Virus record (IMG/VR): IMGVR_UViG_3300033069_001715
Origin: an uncultured virus (IMG/VR IMGVR_UViG_3300033069_001715)
Taxonomy: Duplodnaviria > Heunggongvirae > Uroviricota > Caudoviricetes
DNA length: 64,000 nucleotides
Reading direction: 5' to 3' (one strand)
Under the pieces are notes generated by a model that was given only the letters and a program-made list of their open reading frames with translations, was not told where the DNA came from and ran no database searches. The position numbers were made by a program, and so were the translations under genes. Within the stretch, counting starts at the first letter, position 1; every line of letters begins with the position of its first letter. Shown here piece after piece: positions 10,322-18,653 of the stretch.

Positions 10322-10723
10322 TTAGCTAGCAGTATGAATTTGAAGACCGATCGCCGCCGGAATGGCCGATCCGTTAGAAATAGCTCGGATCTCCACCTCA
10401 CCTGCAGGTGTTGTTCCATCGGCTTGCGTGAGCTCATAGAAATAAGCGTCTGAAGCGGTCACTCCACCTGTTCCTGCAGTGATGGCTACAGCAATGGTGT
10501 CAGCATCGGCCATTGACATTGCTGTTGCTCGCCGCGGCGGCTCCATCTGAGTGATAAACTTCACTGTCCCACTGTCATTTATGAACATCAAACCTTTGAG
10601 AACGCCTGATATCACCAGCGCAACATCGCCAGGGTTGGGAATATCGGTGGTCGTCGGCATGGTCGTGGTTGTAACCAGACCTCCGCTACTGTTTGCTGAT
10701 TCATCCCACCACCTGCGTCCCAT
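10322..10723 (-). CDS. Hypothetical structural protein
   Basis: 133-aa ORF in operon orientation. Confidence 0.5.
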   Translation of the reverse strand: MGRRWWDESANSSGGLVTTTTMPTTTDIPNPGDVALVISGVLKGLMFINDSGTVKFITQMEPPRRATAMSMADADTIAVAITAGTGGVTASDAYFYELTQADGTTPAGEVEIRAISNGSAIPAAIGLQIHTAS

Positions 10724-10794
10724 AACAGTTCTCCAAGTAAATCTTCCAGCTTAAAGCTCGTGAAAAACAGAATAGCCGTTGAGATATGGGCACG

Positions 10795-10823
10795 AAAAAA
10801 GCCACGGTGGGTGCCGTGGCTTT
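10795..10823 (-). terminator. Intrinsic terminator
   Basis: Minus strand AAAGCCACGG...CCGTGGCTTTTTT. Confidence 0.75.
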
Positions 10824-10844
10824 AATTGGGTCTATCGAGGGAAA

Positions 10845-11879
10845 CTACTCGATAGTTACACAGCCCTCGGGCGTGCAGATAGTTCTGGACGTGCTCCGCT
10901 GCGGAGTCATGGCGTCGATCATGTTGCGAACCGGAGCCATTGCAGTGGCAACCGGAGCAATCTGCATCGGAGTGGCATACATCTGAGTTGGAGCACTGTA
11001 CTGAACTGGAGCCATTGAGTACGGCGAAACGATCGCTCCGTCATTAGCTACAGGCTCACATCCACAATCAGGTACGCCAACGCTTTGCATAGGAGCTACC
11101 GAATACGATGGGGCTACCGAGCTGACTGGCGAAACGATGCGACTATCACGTCGATTGGCGACTGCTTTTCGAATAGGACCACGAACAGGAACTGCGACCT
11201 GAACGTTGGAGTAACTTCCAGTGCAACCACCACTCTTAACAGCTCGATTAACAGTTCTGTACGGCTGAGCTCGAACTGCTTGAACAGTCTGAACAGGAAC
11301 AGCTTGCATTACCGGCTGCGAGTACTGAACAGGAGCAGCTTGCGAGTAGCTTCCGTTACTTCCACCACTGCGAACAGCCTGGTTGTAACGAACAGTCTGC
11401 GTGTACTGAACTGGGGCGCTGTAGGAGTATTCAACTGGAGCACTGTAGGAGTACTGGACAGGTGCTGCCTGGGAGTAACTGCCATTGCTGCCACCACTCT
11501 TAACAGGTGCTGCCTGGGAATAGCTACCGTTACTTCCGCCGCTCTTGACCGGAGCAGCCTGAGAGTAACTTCCATTGCTGCCACCACTCTTAACAGGTGC
11601 TGCTGGCGTAGGTACAACCGGAGTTTCAGTTACTTCAGCTACGACGTCGTCAGTGGGAACCGGTGAAACAATCTTGTCGTCATACCACTTGGCGAAATGG
11701 AACTGGTTAGACTCTAAACGACCCAGACCGGAGACTACTCCGTCGACGCGGGCGTCAACAATCCACTCAGATGTATCTGCGGCCTGACGCTTAACGGTTG
11801 GTTTTGTCTTGTCGCCAGCTTTCATCATAAACGACGACATGGCCACCAAGGCCAGCACTACGATAGTAAATCGACTCAT
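10845..11879 (-). CDS. Secreted low-complexity repeat protein
   Basis: N-terminal signal peptide; AAPVKSGGSNGSYSQ repeats; GPIRKAV and C-terminal CTPEGC. Confidence 0.7.
   Translation of the reverse strand: MSRFTIVVLALVAMSSFMMKAGDKTKPTVKRQAADTSEWIVDARVDGVVSGLGRLESNQFHFAKWYDDKIVSPVPTDDVVAEVTETPVVPTPAAPVKSGGSNGSYSQAAPVKSGGSNGSYSQAAPVKSGGSNGSYSQAAPVQYSYSAPVEYSYSAPVQYTQTVRYNQAVRSGGSNGSYSQAAPVQYSQPVMQAVPVQTVQAVRAQPYRTVNRAVKSGGCTGSYSNVQVAVPVRGPIRKAVANRRDSRIVSPVSSVAPSYSVAPMQSVGVPDCGCEPVANDGAIVSPYSMAPVQYSAPTQMYATPMQIAPVATAMAPVRNMIDAMTPQRSTSRTICTPEGCVTIE
11458..11603 (-). repeat. Coding tandem repeat, 3 x 45 bp (AAPVKSGGSNGSYSQ)
   Basis: Identical peptide units with synonymous DNA differences; further degenerate copies near 11340-11370 and 11215-11240. 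Confidence 0.85.
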
Positions 11880-12253
11880 TGTTCTTCCTTCGCTTTCTTT
11901 GAGGCAGCCTTAAGTGCCGCCGATTGAGTAGCCAGCTGCTGTTGCAACTGACCGATTTGAGACATCAGTTTAGTGTTATTTTCCTCAGCGGCGCTCACTC
12001 GAACACCTAAGGAACCAATAACCTGCTTAACGTTCTCCATGATGCCCATCACGTTAACGCTGATGGTCTGGACGCTATCGAGCACCCCTTGGGCCTTTAG
12101 AATCGCCGTGTTGGCGTTGGCCTTAACCTCTTTAACCTCAGCTATTAATGCTTTCGCCTCCCGTTTCCAGTAAAGGTACTCGCTAACACCAAATAGTGAC
12201 GCTCCAATAAGGAACATCACTACCAGGCTAATCATAATCTCTTTGAAACTCAT
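11876..12253 (-). CDS. Membrane-anchored coiled-coil protein (spanin-like?)
   Basis: N-terminal TM helix followed by a long coiled coil. Confidence 0.55.
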   Translation of the reverse strand: MSFKEIMISLVVMFLIGASLFGVSEYLYWKREAKALIAEVKEVKANANTAILKAQGVLDSVQTISVNVMGIMENVKQVIGSLGVRVSAAEENNTKLMSQIGQLQQQLATQSAALKAASKKAKEEQ

Positions 12254-12273
12254 CGCACACCTTCAGTTCGGGA

Positions 12274-13572
12274 TTATCCCCAAGGCTTCAAGACCTTCTT
12301 CCAATCTCCAGGAGTAAAGATTCGAGGCTTGAGGTTCGGCATATCGGACAAGGCAATCATTGTTGTCCACTTGTGAGCCAGCATCTGCTTAATAGCCGTC
12401 GGACTCCAGCATTGCCAGCCAGGATACTTCTTGGAACCCCACTGCTTGCTCCAGGAGTTCATGATCCACCAGTACGGATCGCCGTTCTTGTCGGTTTCTT
12501 CTCCAAGGCAAAGAGCGCAAATAGCGTGCCCGCCGTTACCAGGCTTGAAGGTCTCGACCTTGTCAGTACTCATGGCGTCGCCCCAGGCAACACCCATGTG
12601 AAGACCGCCCATTCCAGAACCAAGGAAGATTCGGCCTTCTTCGTACTGCTGAACCGCAAAAGCCTTGGCCAGCTTATTGAAGGCAGCATTCTGAACAATG
12701 GCATCCCAATTGGCTGGTCGCGTTGGGTCATACTTGCCGGTGTATGGCCAAAGCTTCTCTTCGCAAAGGCCCACGCTCATGACCAGTTCACGGCCGCCAT
12801 CAATGGTCGAACCGTCGTCCTTGCCAAGGAGCCCGTCAAGTCGCTGAGTTTCGTAATAACCCATAGCGCGGGACAGCTGAGTAACCTTGCCAGTAGCGAT
12901 TGCCCGGCACCACTCGGTAACACTCGATAGCGAGTGCCCCTGACAGTTGTGAACAATGATATCTTCGCAAAGGAACGAGTTGTCTACAGCAACGTTGAGG
13001 CAATGTACCTGCAGGTTAGTAACATTCTCACTCTTAATGTAATCGATGCTGGTCAAACGACCTTCGCTGCACTGACCGTTGAGCGTTGTGGCCTTGACCA
13101 GCGGACTGATGCATCGATCAAACTGTTGGAGCGCGTCAGCCCGAACCCACTGAATGTCTTCAGGTAATCCATTGCCAAGCCCCGCTTCCTGCTTGCAGAT
13201 CCGGATCAGGTGATCTTCGGTGCAGCGGATGATCGTTAGGTCTTCGAGGTAAAGAGTAAACAGCTTACCAGTGAAAAGTCGGTTAGTTGGCGCCACAACA
13301 TTTTGGATCTTCTTGGTGTGGGTCTGAACGCGATCGCCAGCCTCAACCTCGGTGATCGGAATCTTACCTTTGTTGAGAGTGTTGACCTGCATGTCAGGCG
13401 TGAAACACGCTCCGACGTTGCCCTGGTTTTCCACCTGCATGATTTCCCGAGGATCGAGCTTGACCTCAGTGTACGTACCCTTGAAAGTCATCAGCTGACT
13501 AGCTTTGGGAAGCAACTGAAACTTGCTTTTGTCTTCTCGCTCGGGATTGTATCCAATGAATGGCTCAGACAT
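12274..13572 (-). CDS. Papain-like (C1) cysteine peptidase with mini-intein
   Basis: Spliced product has NQGNVGA-C-QGHS (Q and catalytic C), GGHAI (H) and WIMNSW (N). Confidence 0.85.
   Translation of the reverse strand: MSEPFIGYNPEREDKSKFQLLPKASQLMTFKGTYTEVKLDPREIMQVENQGNVGACFTPDMQVNTLNKGKIPITEVEAGDRVQTHTKKIQNVVAPTNRLFTGKLFTLYLEDLTIIRCTEDHLIRICKQEAGLGNGLPEDIQWVRADALQQFDRCISPLVKATTLNGQCSEGRLTSIDYIKSENVTNLQVHCLNVAVDNSFLCEDIIVHNCQGHSLSSVTEWCRAIATGKVTQLSRAMGYYETQRLDGLLGKDDGSTIDGGRELVMSVGLCEEKLWPYTGKYDPTRPANWDAIVQNAAFNKLAKAFAVQQYEEGRIFLGSGMGGLHMGVAWGDAMSTDKVETFKPGNGGHAICALCLGEETDKNGDPYWWIMNSWSKQWGSKKYPGWQCWSPTAIKQMLAHKWTTMIALSDMPNLKPRIFTPGDWKKVLKPWG
12946..13407 (-). mobile_element. Mini-intein (154 aa, no endonuclease)
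   Basis: Starts CFTPDMQV, contains block-B CTEDH, ends IIVHN followed by Cys. Confidence 0.9.
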
Positions 13573-13605
13573 GGTCTACCTTTACTAAAAGCCGCTTGAC
13601 GCGGG

Positions 13606-14325
13606 TTACTTCTTTTTCTTCAGCTTCTTGGCTGCCGCGTCGATTTTAGCAGTGGCCCCATCAACATCATAACTCACGCGGGAGTTGGCCATGATGTCAC
13701 CCATTCTGCCCTCAAGCTTTTCGGTCATTACTTGAGAGAGTTCCTCCATGAAAGCATCAGCGGACGAATTGAAACGCTCGGCGAACTCCTTGTTGATCCA
13801 CTCAGCTCGGTCCTCGTCCTTTTCAAACTTCTGCTTACCGGCGAGCTTCATGATCTCCATCTTTGACTGCCAATCAGCAGCGTGCAGACGGTAAAGCGCA
13901 ATGGCTGCAGCGGCGGCGTGATCGTCACTGGTCACAACGACATCAACGGGCGAAACAATGCGGTCATCACCTGAGCCAGCATCAGGTTCAACCTCAGCCG
14001 AGTCGCCACCCCGCCAGTTCTCAATGAACTGTTTGCCGACAAAGTTGTAGATGATAATCAGGCCTAGGGCAGCGATGACCAACATCTGACCCCACTTCAT
14101 GATCGCACCAGTGGGGATGGAAAGGGTGACTTGTTTGTTCACGGTAGCAGGTCCTTCGGAAATTGGCTGCTGCACCGACTCGACTAAAGTCTCGGCCGCA
14201 ACAGTTGGAGTTGAGACAGCGCTGTCGCTAACTGGGGTTGGCTCCACATACACCGGCCTGGCTGGAGGCTGAGGAAGTGGAGCTGAAATCGGTTGCACAC
14301 GTTTTGTTTGTCGCTGAATGGCCAT
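13606..14325 (-). CDS. Single-pass membrane protein
   Basis: Pro-rich N-terminus, TM helix (MLVIAALGLIIIYNF), helical C-terminal part. Confidence 0.6.
   Translation of the reverse strand: MAIQRQTKRVQPISAPLPQPPARPVYVEPTPVSDSAVSTPTVAAETLVESVQQPISEGPATVNKQVTLSIPTGAIMKWGQMLVIAALGLIIIYNFVGKQFIENWRGGDSAEVEPDAGSGDDRIVSPVDVVVTSDDHAAAAAIALYRLHAADWQSKMEIMKLAGKQKFEKDEDRAEWINKEFAERFNSSADAFMEELSQVMTEKLEGRMGDIMANSRVSYDVDGATAKIDAAAKKLKKKK
14213..14228. repeat. 16-bp near-palindrome, copy 2 (GAGACAGCGCTGTCGC)
   Basis: Exact copy inside a CDS (encodes SDSAVS). Confidence 0.95.
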
Positions 14326-14332
14326 GGGGAGG

Positions 14333-14647
14333 TTAAGCCTTATTTGCTTTCCACTGCTTGTAGACACTGTACAGGATCATCAGAATCTTGATGACCAAGA
14401 TTATTGTAGTGATTGATCCGTAAGTTTTCTGCGCCTGAGGCTCCTCAAGTGAAGCTTTTAGTTCGTCCCCATCCTCACTGGTCGGAAACTTCGCCTCGGC
14501 TATCTCCATGATCTTGCCGTAGTGCGAGTGAAGAACCTGCAGCTCTTCCTCTGAAAAGAGCGACTCGTCAACGAGGCTCTCAAGCACCTTTTGAACGTTT
14601 CCTCGCCTTTGAATGCGAGCCTGACGTCGATCTCGTAGCAGTCCCAT
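14333..14647 (-). CDS. Small protein with C-terminal TM helix (holin-like?)
   Basis: ITTIILVIKILMILYSVY hydrophobic segment. Confidence 0.55.
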   Translation of the reverse strand: MGLLRDRRQARIQRRGNVQKVLESLVDESLFSEEELQVLHSHYGKIMEIAEAKFPTSEDGDELKASLEEPQAQKTYGSITTIILVIKILMILYSVYKQWKANKA

Positions 14648-14689
14648 AGCACACCTCTAATAAGTCAATGTTTCAAAAATACGGACAAG

Positions 14690-14716
14690 AAAAAAGGGCA
14701 CCCAAAGGGCGCCCTT
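14690..14716 (-). terminator. Intrinsic terminator
   Basis: Minus strand AAGGGCGCCC-TTT-GGGTGCCCTTTTTT. Confidence 0.8.
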
Positions 14717-14736
14717 AAGTGGCTTCGGCGACGAGT

Positions 14737-15117
14737 CTATCGATGAAGATTGACCAGGGCGGAGCTGAAAGTCAGTGGGTCAGACAACAGGCCTTGAACC
14801 ATCTCCATCGCAGCTTGCTTGCGGCTTTGATCGGCTGCTTGAGCTTGATCAGCTGGGCTGCTGGCTTGCTTGCTTCCAAGGATCAAGCCTAGAGCCTGGT
14901 TGACTGGATCATTGGCTGCGGTGTACTGGGCTGTCTTCTGTTCGAGTCTGTCAGACGCTTCAAGCATTGCCTGGGCGTGCTGTTCGTTTTGAGGATGGAT
15001 GCCGTAAGCAGCCAATCGCTCGAAGAATGCGCTTTTGCGAACTTCTGCTGGGTAGTGCTGAGCGACGTCAGGATTCATGCCCAGTGTTTCGCAAAGGTCA
15101 GTGTAAAGATTTGACAT
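14737..15117 (-). CDS. Small head-associated helical protein
   Basis: Follows the MCP; four K-x-A motifs (KSAF, KTAQ, KQAS, KQAA). Confidence 0.55.
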   Translation of the reverse strand: MSNLYTDLCETLGMNPDVAQHYPAEVRKSAFFERLAAYGIHPQNEQHAQAMLEASDRLEQKTAQYTAANDPVNQALGLILGSKQASSPADQAQAADQSRKQAAMEMVQGLLSDPLTFSSALVNLHR

Positions 15118-15211
15118 GAGTTTCTCTCTGTGCTCAGTGCGGTTTTGTTATTGGCGAAAACTGGGGGTCAGGCGAGGTGAATCTCACCCAACCCCCGGCT
15201 ACGCGTGAGAA

Positions 15212-16174
15212 TTACAAGCTGAATCGGCTCTTGCTGACCGCAGCTTGGTTGATGATCATCATACCGAAGACTTCAAAAATCTCGAACGAGATCTTGAGGC
15301 CGCGGTTTTCAACGAGCATTGTTGGTTCGTACATATACACGTAACGACCCAACTGATTTTCTGGACCGAAGAAGTAGTAGTGACCTTGCGGTACCAGCTT
15401 CTTCTTGATGGTGGAGATCATTTGCAGGCTATCGCCAGGCATTGTGATTTCCATGTCACCGTCGCGGAAGACCTGAGCAGCGATTTCCGATGCTGCGAAG
15501 TCTTGGCGAATTTGGTCCTTCATCAGACCGATCATCAGGTGGTTGAACAAGCAGGTTGCTGGTTCGATGGCGTTTGGAGTTGAACGCATAACGTTCAGCT
15601 GGCGTTGCCATGTACCGTAGTTCCAGCTTGCGCCAACGTTGACGTCGTTTGCTACGCCGGTGTACAGAAGCGGCGTGCTGCTCATGCACTTGTCAGCAGT
15701 AGCAAGCAGCTTCTGGTCCTTGATGTAAGCCAACTGAAGGCTCAGCAAGTCGGTGAGTACAGTTCGGAAGTTGTACTCATAAGCTGCTAGTTCGGTGACG
15801 TTCTTGACGATTCGCTGTGTAGCGACTTCGGTCAAGCTCATGACCACTCGCTTACCGTATGGATAGAACGTTTCAGCCAAGTTGCCGAAGTCGACCTGTT
15901 CTGCACCAGCGGTGTCAGGTTCGATTTCGATCATGATCATTGGATGATCCGAATCTAGAGCCTTGGTACGCTCAGCTTCGTTCCAGCTTGTCGGTGTCAG
16001 GATCTTCGACGCAAACGACTGTTCGTAGTTGTTTGGGCGAAGGTAGTCAGTCATGTCAATGGCTGCTTCCTTGACCTGACCTTCGTCACGACTCATGAGC
16101 CGGTCAACAATGGATTTTGACCATTGCTTGGACTGCTCACGTGTCATTGCGGTGTAATCAATTTGGTCGAGCAT
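15212..16174 (-). CDS. Major capsid protein (HK97 fold, inferred)
   Basis: 320 aa with a strong RBS; EQSFASKILTP, E-loop-like EIEPDTAGAEQVDFG, long backbone helix ending KDQKLL; protease-scaffold-decoration-MCP gene order. Confidence 0.75.
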   Translation of the reverse strand: MLDQIDYTAMTREQSKQWSKSIVDRLMSRDEGQVKEAAIDMTDYLRPNNYEQSFASKILTPTSWNEAERTKALDSDHPMIMIEIEPDTAGAEQVDFGNLAETFYPYGKRVVMSLTEVATQRIVKNVTELAAYEYNFRTVLTDLLSLQLAYIKDQKLLATADKCMSSTPLLYTGVANDVNVGASWNYGTWQRQLNVMRSTPNAIEPATCLFNHLMIGLMKDQIRQDFAASEIAAQVFRDGDMEITMPGDSLQMISTIKKKLVPQGHYYFFGPENQLGRYVYMYEPTMLVENRGLKISFEIFEVFGMMIINQAAVSKSRFSL

Positions 16175-16239
16175 TTTGGTTATTTTCTCCCGTATGGGTT
16201 TGTTTGAAAGTTAAAGCGGACAGGCCGCGAAAGCGAGAG

Positions 16240-16899
16240 TTACAGTGCCAACGGGGCAGCCGCAGCTGGAATAGCGTTTGAAAGCTGACCAATTGCTGGA
16301 CGGTACAAACTGTAGAACACCAGCATGTCGACACGGTGAGGCTTGCGGAACGCCATTTCACTGACGATACCAACGATAGGATCGCGACCGTAGACAGGCT
16401 TAACTGCACCGACTTGATTGGTGACCTTACCAGCGTCAGTCTTGCCGTTGGTAATGGCCAAACCAGCAGCGGCAACAGTTGGAGCAACTAGGAAGTCGTT
16501 AAGGGCGTAAGTGCCAGCCACGAATTCAGTTGTTGCCAATTCAAGACCTTCGATACCCGCATAGCACAGTACCTTGTGGTCAGCGTCGCTCTTCCAAGTA
16601 ACGTGAGGCGCTAGCTGGACAGGCTGAGGATCGGATACTGCACCGGTTGATGGCTGGGCAGATCCGCGGAAAGTGAAGTAAGGAACGTTGTTGCCCTTAC
16701 ATCCCAGTGTGGTCTCACCGTTAACACCTGTGCGGCTAACGCATCGACCAGCAGGAACGTTCTGTCCAATCAAGGCTTGTTCTTGAGTGGAGTCAGGGGT
16801 CAAGTTCTTGATCAGCTCGTGTTCAAAGCCGTCCAGACCACGAAGCACGTCAAGCTTCTGTGAGGTCATGTCCATGCCGCGAGCAATGAAATTCGTCAT
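16240..16899 (-). CDS. Putative head decoration/cement protein
   Basis: Directly upstream of the MCP, strong RBS (AAGGAG), beta-rich with ELATTEF motif. Confidence 0.55.
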   Translation of the reverse strand: MTNFIARGMDMTSQKLDVLRGLDGFEHELIKNLTPDSTQEQALIGQNVPAGRCVSRTGVNGETTLGCKGNNVPYFTFRGSAQPSTGAVSDPQPVQLAPHVTWKSDADHKVLCYAGIEGLELATTEFVAGTYALNDFLVAPTVAAAGLAITNGKTDAGKVTNQVGAVKPVYGRDPIVGIVSEMAFRKPHRVDMLVFYSLYRPAIGQLSNAIPAAAAPLAL

Positions 16900-16964
16900 T
16901 TTCTCTAATCTCCTTGAGGAGTTAATTGGTTATCGGAAATTGCACCCTACACGAGTGCCCAGTG

Positions 16965-17363
16965 TTAGCAGCGAGGCTTGGAAACCTGCTGTTTGTCTTT
17001 TGGAGTCGCGGAGGTCTTTGGCTCGACGACGGAACCCAGTGTGCTTGCCGATGCAACCTTAGGGCTGCCAGCAGCAACGTTGGAGCTGATCATGTAATCC
17101 AGAACCTTGCACGCGCCCGAAAGAGCGTTCACGTGGTTCGATGCAAAAGCATCAGCGTTGGACTGAATGATTGGCTTGGTATCTGGTACCAACATGGCAA
17201 CCTTGCTTGAAAGGCTTAGTGCCAGGTCAGTAATCAGCTTTTGATCCTGCGCTGAAACAGCAGGAGCTGGTGCAGCGGCAGTCTTGTTCGCGGCGTCCAG
17301 CGAAGCGATCTTGCGAAAGCCAGCTTGAAGACTGCGAATGAGAGTCAGGTGATTATTGGACAT
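16965..17363 (-). CDS. Scaffold-like head protein
   Basis: Ala-rich with multiple K-x-A motifs. Confidence 0.5.
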   Translation of the reverse strand: MSNNHLTLIRSLQAGFRKIASLDAANKTAAAPAPAVSAQDQKLITDLALSLSSKVAMLVPDTKPIIQSNADAFASNHVNALSGACKVLDYMISSNVAAGSPKVASASTLGSVVEPKTSATPKDKQQVSKPRC

Positions 17364-17438
17364 GAAAACCTCAGTTTTGATTTCGTGGTGTAGTCGGTCA
17401 CTGGGTTAAGCAGTGACCAACATTAGTAACTACAAGCC

Positions 17439-18653
17439 TTAGCAGCTCTTGGCTACCTGAGCTGGCGTCTTGCCAATTTCAGTTGCCAACAGTTGAGCAA
17501 TCTTCTTGCGAACTGTTTGTTGCTTTGGTGTACCTGGAAAAGCCGCAGACTTCTCTTCTGGTGGTGGCTCGTCAGGAGGTGCACCAGATCCGGCACCTTC
17601 GGCGCCTGGAGGAGGTCCGCCAGCATCTGGAGGTGGTCCACCGGCATCACCGCCTGGAGGCATTCCACCGCCGCCTTCACCACCACCGCCCTCTTGAGCT
17701 AGAAGCTGCTCAAGAATCGCCTCTGGTGGCTGACCGGTTTGCTGAGCGATCTGCTCGATGAGCATGATGATCTGCTCTTCGGGACTTCCACCTTCACCGC
17801 CGCCGCCTGGAGGCATTCCACCAGATGGGTCTCCCCCTGGTGCTCCGCCGCCCATTGCATCAGGGGGCATTCCGCCACCCATTGCATCAGGAGGCATTCC
17901 GCCACCAGCAGCTGGATCTCCACCCATCATCTGAGCAGCCATTGCTGGGTCGTCACTGGCGAGCTTGATGAATGTGGCTAACTTGTCAGCGCGACTGATT
18001 CCATCAAGAACTAGTGGCTCAAGGAACGAGGCGACCTTTTGAGCATAGATCTCTCGCATGTTGCCTTCTTCGGGAATGATCTCGCGAAGAACGTGAGCAA
18101 CCTTTTCGCTTTGACTGGCGTTTGCAGGTGGCTCGTTGGACTGCACAGGTGCAGGTGTTTGAACTGGAGCAGAAGCTTGTTTGATCGACGCTTCAACCGA
18201 TGCAGCTAAGGCATCGAGATCCTTAAGCATGATGTTGCAAACGTCAGAGATTGTTGTGCAGCTTGCGTACTTCTCTTCGCCAGCCTTTGCAGGGTGACCA
18301 GAATCTTGCCCACTGACGTCTTCAACCTTGTCAGTGGGCATCAAGCCGCTGATTTCCGAGCCGTCCTTACCTGTTTCGGTGTTGACGCTTTTGGCCTCTT
18401 TGTCCTCAACAGCAGAATCACTCGGCTGAACACCAGTGGTTGGCAGTGCATCGCTTGTGAAGCTGTCAGCCTTCGAAGGAATGTCGCCCGATGGCACAGG
18501 TAAGTTACCGCTATCGGCACCTACGCTAGCTGGATGGCTTGAATCCGGACCTGGATCAGAAACGCTGCCCTCAGCAAGCTTGCTCGTTGGCGCTGAGGCC
18601 AACTTGGACATGAAGGAACCCACCGTTGGGAACCTGGTATTAACTTGACTCAT
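17439..18653 (-). CDS. Capsid scaffolding/core protein
   Basis: Acidic, disordered, GGGMPPDAM repeats, ~10 K-x-A motifs, adjacent to the protease. Confidence 0.6.
   Translation of the reverse strand: MSQVNTRFPTVGSFMSKLASAPTSKLAEGSVSDPGPDSSHPASVGADSGNLPVPSGDIPSKADSFTSDALPTTGVQPSDSAVEDKEAKSVNTETGKDGSEISGLMPTDKVEDVSGQDSGHPAKAGEEKYASCTTISDVCNIMLKDLDALAASVEASIKQASAPVQTPAPVQSNEPPANASQSEKVAHVLREIIPEEGNMREIYAQKVASFLEPLVLDGISRADKLATFIKLASDDPAMAAQMMGGDPAAGGGMPPDAMGGGMPPDAMGGGAPGGDPSGGMPPGGGGEGGSPEEQIIMLIEQIAQQTGQPPEAILEQLLAQEGGGGEGGGGMPPGGDAGGPPPDAGGPPPGAEGAGSGAPPDEPPPEEKSAAFPGTPKQQTVRKKIAQLLATEIGKTPAQVAKSC

Noticed and set aside
11458..11603. 45-bp tandem repeat as a mini-CRISPR
   Set aside because: It is an in-frame coding repeat with synonymous variation and no unique spacers.
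16932..17020. Possible frameshift extending 16965..17363 into LRDSKRQTAGFQASLLTLG...
   Set aside because: The alternative frame looks plausible, but there is no clear slippery site and no homologue comparison was available.
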